DNA of 64,000 bases from Pyrinomonadaceae bacterium (lineage in GTDB: Bacteria > Acidobacteriota > Blastocatellia > Pyrinomonadales > Pyrinomonadaceae), in assembly GCA_036382855.1 (NCBI GenBank), contig DASVPO010000009.1, forward strand, positions 197,182-261,181, given 5' to 3'. Both the position numbers and the translations under genes were made by a program. Positions 1 to 7,005 of the stretch are shown in pieces; positions within the stretch are counted from its first letter, which is position 1, and every line of letters starts with the position of its first letter. The notes below the pieces were generated by a model. The model had not been told where the DNA came from. It saw nothing but the letters and a program-made list of their open reading frames with translations, and did not search any database.

Positions 1-69
1 CCTACGATGCCGCCCAAAGCTAAAGCACATCAGTTGAAACGAAGCTGAAACGAAAACGCCGCTCGACTT

Positions 70-774
70 ATGTCTCCTGACAACAGACGCAAACTGCTCT
101 CCTACCTCGTGAGAGTGCACTTCGCTTATCTGGTGGCGGTTCCCGTTCTGGGAATTATCAGTTGGTGGTTTCTGCGGCGCGGCTCGATGCCTTTAATGAT
201 TTTCTCCGGCTTCGCAGCCATCGCCGCTTACTACTCGCTGCTGGCCGAGCGCTATTACCTGACAACACACTTGCCCTCTGCGCTGTGGGTCGTCTTTTCT
301 AGCCCGCTGCTGCTTTTCATCGCGAGTCTTGCGGGCGGCGGCTTCTGGTATTTCTATCTAGACGCAGCTTTCGTTGAAGTCGGCGGCCTGTGCGCGGGCA
401 TTGTTGCTGGCGCAACCGTGAAGGGCTTGAAGGAGAAGGAATATTTCTTCATGGGCGTTCTCTATCTTTTCATGGGCGGCTTTCTCGCGGTCTGGGGGTG
501 GGGCGTTTTCCGTGAGCACAAGATTTTTGACTGGCACGACAACGTGTGGGTCATCGTCGCGCTCGCAAACGAGACTTACATCTACAGTCGCATGTTTATC
601 TCAGGCGACCTTGATTTGCAGTTCGGTCATGGGCGGGCCGCGCGCCGTGCGGGAGCAGGCTTGTTGTCAGGCCCTTTCAGAGACGACCAGGGGTTTTCGC
701 TCATTCTGGTTTTCGCTATCCTCGTCGTCCTCTCACCCTTCATCTTCGGCCTGCTGAGCTACCTTTCCAAGTGA
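70..774 (+). CDS. hypothetical polytopic membrane protein
   Basis: 234-aa ORF with several hydrophobic helices (e.g. LVAVPVLGIISWWFL, FSSPLLLFIASLAGGGFWYF). No recognisable family motif. Confidence 0.45.
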   Translation: MSPDNRRKLLSYLVRVHFAYLVAVPVLGIISWWFLRRGSMPLMIFSGFAAIAAYYSLLAERYYLTTHLPSALWVVFSSPLLLFIASLAGGGFWYFYLDAAFVEVGGLCAGIVAGATVKGLKEKEYFFMGVLYLFMGGFLAVWGWGVFREHKIFDWHDNVWVIVALANETYIYSRMFISGDLDLQFGHGRAARRAGAGLLSGPFRDDQGFSLILVFAILVVLSPFIFGLLSYLSK

Positions 775-789
775 AGCGAGCCGCCGCTT

Positions 790-2334
790 TCAAGCGTCGC
801 CGTCGTGCTGCCAGTCTGGCGGCAAGAGCCTGCGCCTGCCGTCAACGCTCAGAGTAATTCCGGGCTCATCCAGTTGCACTCTATCCCACAGCTTGCATGT
901 GACCTGCTTGTGCGCCTGATCCAGCCCTTCGCAGTAGTTTGTATATGTGCAGCGACGAACCTCCTGGCCGCGGCCCCGTCTGACTTTCAGAAACCAGTCT
1001 GGGTCAGCGAGCGCCTGCCTCGCAAGACCTATGATGTCCGCCTCGCCTCTTTGCAGAATCTCTTCGGCCTGCTCAAACGTGCTGATGCCGCCCGCTGCGA
1101 CAAGCGGCGTCTCTAAGCCAGCCTCATTTACCGCACGCCTGATAGCGGCGACGAGCGGGACGTTACGCGAAAACGGCCCGCGCTCATCCGACAACACGGT
1201 CGGCATACACTCATAACCGCTCTCGCCCGTGTAAGGATAGACGGCATGGCCCACACGCGGCTGCTTCGCATCCTCAAACTTGCCGCCCTTGGAGATGGAC
1301 AGATAATCAAAACCCGCACGCGCAAACTCGACGCCGAAATAAGTCGCGTCCTCTATGCGACTGCCCCCCTTTATCACTTCGTCTGCGAGAAAACGCACGC
1401 CGACTGTGTAGTCATTGCGGACACGCTCACGCACAGCGCGATAAACTTCGAGCGGCAGTCGAATGCGATTCTCGCGCGGGCCGCCGTAAAGATCTGTGCG
1501 ATTATTGCGTGCGCTTAAGAATGAGGCCATCGTGTAGGCGTGCGCGTAGTGAAGCTCGACGCCGTCGAATCCCGCTTGGCGTGCGCGCGCGGCGGCGGAC
1601 GCGAAGATTTCTGGCAGCACTTCAGGCAATTCGCGTATGTGCGCAAGCTCCGTGTCTGTGACGCGCTCGCGATAACCGAAGCGCAACGATTCCAGTTCGC
1701 GTTCATCGAGCACGCGTTCGAGCGTCTCATCCGGCGCTTGTTTGAGCAGTTCGCGCAGTTCGGCTTCGCTTTGCTGAAGGCAGCGGTCGTCGTTTGTGAT
1801 TTGCGCGAGTTGCTGGCGATGTCGTTCGTTTAACTTGAAGAAGCGGTCGAAGAATTTATTCTTTTCCGGCCTGCGCTTGACGGTGAGGAAATCTATAATC
1901 TGTATGAAGAGGCGCGTCTGCCCTTTGCTTGCACGGCGCACACGTTCGACCAGTTGGCTTAGTCCGGGCAGGTAGCGGTCGTGTCCTATGCGCAGGAGCG
2001 GCCCGCTGGCAATGTCTCTGACGCCCGTCGCCTCTACGACAATCGCGCCGGGCTGTCCCATCGCGAACCGCTCATACCAATCGAGATTATCCGCCGTTAC
2101 ATACCCGTCTTCCGTTGCGCGCCACGGAACCATCGCCGGAACCCACGTCCGGCTCTCAAGCTGAAGCGGCCCTTTGCTAAGAGGACGATAGAGTAGCGAT
2201 TGCGCTGCCTCTCCGGCGGTCGGCCAGCGCGCGGGCAGGATTTCATGGCGGATTGCGTTTGCGGGATGCCACATCTTATCTTTGTTTCCGAAGCGAGCAG
2301 TGTAGCAGGTTTGGCTGCGAACTGCGGAGCGCAC
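790..2334 (-). CDS. NADH:flavin oxidoreductase, Old Yellow Enzyme family, with internal insertion and Cys-containing C-terminal tail
   Basis: Blocks typical of the OYE TIM-barrel (AGFDGVELHYAHAYTMASFL, RTDLYGGPRENRIRLPLEV, GFDYLSIS). A ~150-aa insertion and a C-terminal RCTYTNYCEGLDQAHKQVTCKLWD segment. Confidence 0.7.
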   Translation of the reverse strand: MRSAVRSQTCYTARFGNKDKMWHPANAIRHEILPARWPTAGEAAQSLLYRPLSKGPLQLESRTWVPAMVPWRATEDGYVTADNLDWYERFAMGQPGAIVVEATGVRDIASGPLLRIGHDRYLPGLSQLVERVRRASKGQTRLFIQIIDFLTVKRRPEKNKFFDRFFKLNERHRQQLAQITNDDRCLQQSEAELRELLKQAPDETLERVLDERELESLRFGYRERVTDTELAHIRELPEVLPEIFASAAARARQAGFDGVELHYAHAYTMASFLSARNNRTDLYGGPRENRIRLPLEVYRAVRERVRNDYTVGVRFLADEVIKGGSRIEDATYFGVEFARAGFDYLSISKGGKFEDAKQPRVGHAVYPYTGESGYECMPTVLSDERGPFSRNVPLVAAIRRAVNEAGLETPLVAAGGISTFEQAEEILQRGEADIIGLARQALADPDWFLKVRRGRGQEVRRCTYTNYCEGLDQAHKQVTCKLWDRVQLDEPGITLSVDGRRRLLPPDWQHDGDA

Positions 2335-2439
2335 AATGGAAACGATGAACGCCGTCGGCGCTAATTGGACGTTCCTTGTTGCGGGCGACTATACTATGAG
2401 CAAGGCATAACATTTCGCATGAACGGGCAGCCTCGCTAA

Positions 2440-3657
2440 TTGCAGCGTCGGAGGAGGAAACAGTTTTTGTCGGATGAACTACTGAAGTGGCGCGCGGAAT
2501 TTCCAATCCTGGAGAAGACCGTCTATCTCATCTCGCACAGCCTCGGCGCGATGCCGCGCGGCGCTTATGAGAGCCTACAGGATTATGCGGAGATGTGGGC
2601 CACGCGCGGCGTGCGCGCATGGGCCGAAGGCTGGTGGGAGATGCCCGTTAGCCTTGGCGACGAAGTGGCGCGCATCATCGGCGCTGATGCGGGCACAGTC
2701 GTCATGCACCAGAACGTCTCCATCTGTCAATCGTTGATTCTCTCCTGCTTCGAGCCGCATCCTCGCCGGAATAAAATCGTCTATTCGGAACTGAACTTTC
2801 CGTCTGTGATGTACGTCTATGAGGCGCACGCGCGCGATGGACGACTACGGATTGAAACCGTTAAGTCTGACGACGGGACAACCGTTGCGCTCGAAAAAAT
2901 GCTGGCGGCGATTGACGAAGAGACGCTGCTCGTTCCCATCTCTCATGTTCTCTTCAAGAGCGGTTTTCTACAGGATGCGCGTGCCATCATCGAGCGCGCA
3001 CACGAAGTCGGCGCAATGGTTGTGCTCGACACGTATCAATCGGCGGGCACTGTGCCGTTCAGTGTTAAGGAGTTGAACGTTGATTTTGCGACCGGGGGCT
3101 CTGTTAAGTGGCTCTGCGGCGGCCCCGGCGCTGGCTATCTCTACGTGCGCCCCGATTTGCACGAACGACTTGAGCCGAAGACGACAGGCTGGATGGCCCA
3201 CGAAGCGCCGTTTGCATTTGAGGGCGGCGCGATTCGTTATGCGTCCGGCATCAATCGTTTTCTGCACGGCTCGCCCTCCGTCTCCGCGCTCTACGCGGCC
3301 CGGAGCGGCTATCGCATCATCAACGAAATCGGTGTCGAAGCGATTCGCGCCAAGAGCGTGCGACAGACGACTCGCTTAATCGAGTTGGCAGAAGAGGCTG
3401 GCTTTGATGTGACAAGCCCTCGCGACTCCGAGCGTCGCGGCGGCACAATCACCGTCGCCGCCGAACACGCCGCAGCCGTGACGAAGGAACTCATCAGGCG
3501 CGAATTCATAGTGGATTACCGTCCCGGCGCTGGCGTACGCATCTCCCCACATTTTTATACGACGGATGAAGAACTCGAACTCGTTATTCGCGAGATGAAG
3601 AAGATTAGAGACACACGCGCCTACGCCGAGCACGAGGCGGCGACAGCAGCGTTCTAA
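2440..3657 (+). CDS. kynU: kynureninase (PLP-dependent)
   Basis: N-terminal FPIL...TVYLISHSLGAMP and internal VKWLCGGPGAGYLYVR are characteristic kynureninase blocks. Adjacent to tryptophan 2,3-dioxygenase. Confidence 0.75.
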   Translation: MQRRRRKQFLSDELLKWRAEFPILEKTVYLISHSLGAMPRGAYESLQDYAEMWATRGVRAWAEGWWEMPVSLGDEVARIIGADAGTVVMHQNVSICQSLILSCFEPHPRRNKIVYSELNFPSVMYVYEAHARDGRLRIETVKSDDGTTVALEKMLAAIDEETLLVPISHVLFKSGFLQDARAIIERAHEVGAMVVLDTYQSAGTVPFSVKELNVDFATGGSVKWLCGGPGAGYLYVRPDLHERLEPKTTGWMAHEAPFAFEGGAIRYASGINRFLHGSPSVSALYAARSGYRIINEIGVEAIRAKSVRQTTRLIELAEEAGFDVTSPRDSERRGGTITVAAEHAAAVTKELIRREFIVDYRPGAGVRISPHFYTTDEELELVIREMKKIRDTRAYAEHEAATAAF

Positions 3658-3661
3658 CAGC

Positions 3662-3767
3662 AGTGACGAGTTATGAATGACGAATGACAAGTTAAAAGAA
3701 ATTCTTTGTTGCTCTCAGCTTGCTTCTTATTCCTGCTCGCCACTCGTCACTCATCACTTGTCACTCT
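3662..3767. repeat. degenerate heptamer-hairpin element (GTGACGAGT/ATGAATGACGAAT variant of family A) between kynU and kynA
   Basis: Left arm AGTGACGAGTTATGAATGACGAATGACAAGT and right arm ACTCGTCACTCATCACTTGTCACTC share GTGA(C/T)GA heptamer units in inverted orientation. Followed by TTTTATT and the kynA ATG. Confidence 0.5.
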
Positions 3768-3773
3768 TTTATT

Positions 3774-4634
3774 ATGGCTAAAGATTACGGCAGCCAATCG
3801 CCGCTCTCATACAATAAATACTTACGCGTCTCAGACCTCATCGGCTTGCAGGATTGTCTGTCCGACCCCGCGCATCACGACGAGTTGCTGTTTATCACCA
3901 TTCACCAGACTTACGAGTTGTGGTTTAAGCAGATACTACACGAGATTGACGCGGCGATTGTGCAGATGAACGAAGACCGCGCGGCAGCGGCAGCACGAGC
4001 GCTGCGCCGCATCGTCGAGATTGAAAAGGTGCTCGTCAACCAGATACACATTCTGGAAACGATGACGCCGATTAACTTTCTCGCCTTCCGCGACGAACTG
4101 AATCCGGCGAGCGGCTTCCAGAGCATGCAGTTTCGCGAGATAGAGTTTGCCTCCGGCTTGAAAGACCCTGAGATTCTGCGCAGCTTCGAGACGGACGAGT
4201 TTGCGCGCGAGCGGCTGCAAGCGCGCTTTCGTGGGCCAACTCTCGGAGACGCCTTCTACGCGTTGCTCCGCCGGCGCGGTCTGTCCGCCCCTGCGGATGA
4301 TGCGTCGCTCTCTGCCGAAGAATCCCGCAAGCTTTACGGCCAGCGCACGCGCGCCGTGCTCGAAATCATCACACACTTCGAGGAGCGCTACGAAGAGTTT
4401 CAACTGGCCGAAGGGCTGTTGGAACACGACGAATATTTCTCTCTCTGGCGCTCGCATCACGTACGCATGGTGGAGCGCATGGTTGGAGCCAAGCGCGGCA
4501 CGGGCGGCTCCGAAGGCATCGGCTACCTGAACACAACTCTCGATAAAAAGTTTTTCCCTGAGTTATGGGAAGCGCGCACCTATCTCGACACGAAACATGA
4601 CGGCGCGGGTTGTCCTTTCGCCGGTAAATCGTAA
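3774..4634 (+). CDS. kynA: tryptophan 2,3-dioxygenase
   Basis: YNKYLRVSDLIGLQDCLSDPAHHDELLFITIHQTYELWFKQILHE and MTPINFLAFRDELNPASGFQSMQFREIEF match bacterial TDO closely. The track ORF starts at 3720 but its upstream 18 codons translate the hairpin repeat. True ATG at 3774. Confidence 0.85.
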   Translation: MAKDYGSQSPLSYNKYLRVSDLIGLQDCLSDPAHHDELLFITIHQTYELWFKQILHEIDAAIVQMNEDRAAAAARALRRIVEIEKVLVNQIHILETMTPINFLAFRDELNPASGFQSMQFREIEFASGLKDPEILRSFETDEFARERLQARFRGPTLGDAFYALLRRRGLSAPADDASLSAEESRKLYGQRTRAVLEIITHFEERYEEFQLAEGLLEHDEYFSLWRSHHVRMVERMVGAKRGTGGSEGIGYLNTTLDKKFFPELWEARTYLDTKHDGAGCPFAGKS

Positions 4635-4692
4635 ACGGTCAACGGTTGATAGACGCTGCATTAGCTCGCCGGTCGTCAAGCCGATTCATTAA

Positions 4693-6237
4693 GTGATGAA
4701 GATAGAGTTTCCAGAAAAGTTCAACATGTCGGACTACTTCCTCTATCACAATCTGGAGGAAGGGCGCGAAGGCAAAGTCTGTCTCTACTTTGAGGATCAG
4801 ACCTACACGTATGGCGAGACGGCGCGGTTAGCTAACAGGACGGGCGCTGCCCTCCGTGAGCTTGGATTAAGGCAGGAAGAGCGCGTGTTGATTGTGTTGC
4901 CGGACTGCCCTGAGTTTGTCTGGACGTGGTTTGGTGCGAGCCGCATCGGCGCTGTCATTACGATGGTCAACCCGCTGCTGCCCGCCGCCGATTACAAATA
5001 TTATCTTGAATACACGCGCGCTCGCATCGCCGTCATACATGAATCGCTGCTCGCGACGTTTGCGGAAGCCGCTGCTGACGCGCGTCATCTACGGCAGGTC
5101 TTAGTCGTCGGCGATGAGCACGGCGATTTTCTCTCGTTTCAGAATGTTGTTTACGCGATGCCGGAGAACCTGACGCCCGCCGAGACGCATCGCGACGATA
5201 TAGCCATCTGGCTTTTCACGTCCGGCTCGACGGGCCATCCTAAAGGTGCTGTCCACCTGCAACACGATTTGCCGTATAACACGGAAGTCTTCGCCAAGCG
5301 CACCATCGGCGTGCGCGAAGACGACGTGACAGTCTCCGTGCCGAAACTCTTTTTCGGTTATGCGACCGGCACAAACCTGCTCTTTCCGTTTGCAGTTGGC
5401 GGTGCGACCGCTCTTTTCAGTGAGAGGTCAACGCCGGAAAAGTTGTTCGAGGTAATAGAACGTTTTCGCCCGACGATTTTGACGACCGTGCCGACGATGA
5501 TTAATGCGATGCTCAATGCTGAAGGCGGCAGACAAAGAGACTTGTCCAGCTTGCGCTTCTGCTATTCTGCGGGCGAGGCGCTGCCCGTGGAGCTTTATAA
5601 GCGATGGGTGGAGACGTTCGGAGTTGAAATCTATGACGGTATCGGTTCGGCAGAGATGTTTCACATCTACATCACGAATCGCCCTAATGATGTGAAGCCG
5701 GGAAGTCTTGGGCGCATCGTCGAAGGCTATGAAGCGCGAATCGTTGACGCCGAGGGCGCGCAAGTTAGCACGGGCGAGATGGGAACTTTGCGCATCAAGG
5801 GCGATTCGGCGGCGCTCTGCTACTGGAACGCGCACGAGAAATCGAAAGAGACTTTCGCGGGCGATTGGTGTACGACCGGCGACCAGTTTCACGTTGATGC
5901 CGACGGTTACTACTGGTATCACGGTCGCACCGACGACATGCTGAAAGTCTCAGGGGTTTTTGTTGCGCCCGCCGAAATCGAGAATTGCCTGCTGCAACAT
6001 GAAGCCGTGCTCGAATGTGCCATCATCGGCTTCGACGCGGGCGATGGCCTTGTCAAGCCCAAAGCCTTTGTCGTCGCGCGCGACACTCACGCGGCGGACG
6101 ACGCGCTGGCCGAACAACTCAAAGACTTCGTTAAATCACGACTCGCGCTCTACAAGTATCCACGCCAAATCGAGTTCGTAACGTCTCTACCGAAAAACGA
6201 CCGCGGCAAGATTGACCGCAAGTTATTAAAACAGTGA
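4693..6237 (+). CDS. aryl-CoA ligase of the benzoate/2-aminobenzoate-CoA ligase family (AMP-dependent synthetase)
   Basis: AMP-binding signature FTSGSTGHPKGAVH, YGxTE block and C-terminal GKIDRKLL. Overall pattern typical of benzoate-CoA ligase family. Confidence 0.8.
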   Translation: MMKIEFPEKFNMSDYFLYHNLEEGREGKVCLYFEDQTYTYGETARLANRTGAALRELGLRQEERVLIVLPDCPEFVWTWFGASRIGAVITMVNPLLPAADYKYYLEYTRARIAVIHESLLATFAEAAADARHLRQVLVVGDEHGDFLSFQNVVYAMPENLTPAETHRDDIAIWLFTSGSTGHPKGAVHLQHDLPYNTEVFAKRTIGVREDDVTVSVPKLFFGYATGTNLLFPFAVGGATALFSERSTPEKLFEVIERFRPTILTTVPTMINAMLNAEGGRQRDLSSLRFCYSAGEALPVELYKRWVETFGVEIYDGIGSAEMFHIYITNRPNDVKPGSLGRIVEGYEARIVDAEGAQVSTGEMGTLRIKGDSAALCYWNAHEKSKETFAGDWCTTGDQFHVDADGYYWYHGRTDDMLKVSGVFVAPAEIENCLLQHEAVLECAIIGFDAGDGLVKPKAFVVARDTHAADDALAEQLKDFVKSRLALYKYPRQIEFVTSLPKNDRGKIDRKLLKQ

Positions 6238-6314
6238 CAAGTGATGAGTAATGAGTGATGCGTTAAAAACCTTGCTTTCTTTTACTCATCACTCATTACT
6301 CATCACTCATCACT
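6233..6314. repeat. heptamer-tandem hairpin element, family A (GTGATGA/GTAATGA units)
   Basis: Left arm AGTGACAAGTGATGAGTAATGAGTGATG (contains the ligase TGA stop). Loop CGTTAAAAACCTTGCTTTCTTT. Right arm TACTCATCACTCATTACTCATCACTCATCACT, ending 6 nt before the thioesterase ATG. Confidence 0.85.
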
Positions 6315-6320
6315 TCTCTT

Positions 6321-6734
6321 ATGCCTTTCTCGACACGCATCACAGTCCGCTTCGGTGATACAGACCCGGCCGGACTCGTCTATTATCCGAACCTCTTTCA
6401 TTATCTTCACATTGCGATGGAAGAGTTTTTCGCGGCGCGCTGCGGTATTAGCTATCACAAGCTGATGGCGGATGAGCGCATCGGTTTTCCGACCGTCAAT
6501 GCGCAGGCGGAATTTTTGCTGCCGCTGGTTTATGGAGACGAGGCCGTGGTGGAGGTATTGGGTTCAAACGTTGGCCGCAGCTCTGCGACGTTTGATTACA
6601 GCATTCGTCGCGTCAGTGATAATGCGCTGTGTGTGCGTGCGCGCCTCGTGCACGTGGCGATGAATCTGGACGAACGCCGCGCCGTCGCAATCTCCGACCG
6701 CTATCGCCGCGCCTTCATGGAAAGCGCAAGCTAA
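6321..6734 (+). CDS. acyl-CoA thioesterase, hot-dog fold (4HBT/YbgC-like)
   Basis: RFGDTDPAGLVYYPNLFHYLHIAMEEFF is the typical 4HBT N-terminal block. 137 aa. Confidence 0.7.
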   Translation: MPFSTRITVRFGDTDPAGLVYYPNLFHYLHIAMEEFFAARCGISYHKLMADERIGFPTVNAQAEFLLPLVYGDEAVVEVLGSNVGRSSATFDYSIRRVSDNALCVRARLVHVAMNLDERRAVAISDRYRRAFMESAS

Positions 6735-6940
6735 AGAGCGTTCACTTCAAAACTAAAGACCAGCAAAGCTGCCGAGCCTTTCCCGTTCTCGTTTTGGAAA
6801 TCAAGGCGCAATCGGTATTTCTTAAGGTTACAACATCAGGAATTGGATAACGGCTACTATCGTTGTCGTCGCCGCCAGCAGCGCGCTCGGACAGAAGCAG
6901 CTTCCTAAAATTCCCTCCTGCTTGTGCAAACAACTTAATC

Positions 6941-6980
6941 GGCGCGGGTGAAAGTGCTCCTACCCGCGCCGACTTTTTTG
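6941..6980 (+). terminator. rho-independent terminator (GC stem plus T-tract)
   Basis: GGCGCGGGTgaaagtgctcctaCCCGCGCC followed by GACTTTTTTG. Lies between the plus-strand thioesterase region and the 3' end of the minus-strand gene 7006..9633. Confidence 0.6.
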
Positions 6981-7005
6981 TCTACAGATGTTAGAAAGAC
7001 GACAG

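Noticed and set aside
3720-3773. N-terminal extensions of kynA, ribF (to 37012), the zinc-ribbon gene (from 39711) and ORF 52253-52516, all reading ...HHSSLITHH...
   Set aside because: These peptides are translations of the heptamer hairpin repeats. The real starts are supported by homology to the family N-termini (TDO, RibF MRLFHG..) or by an RBS.
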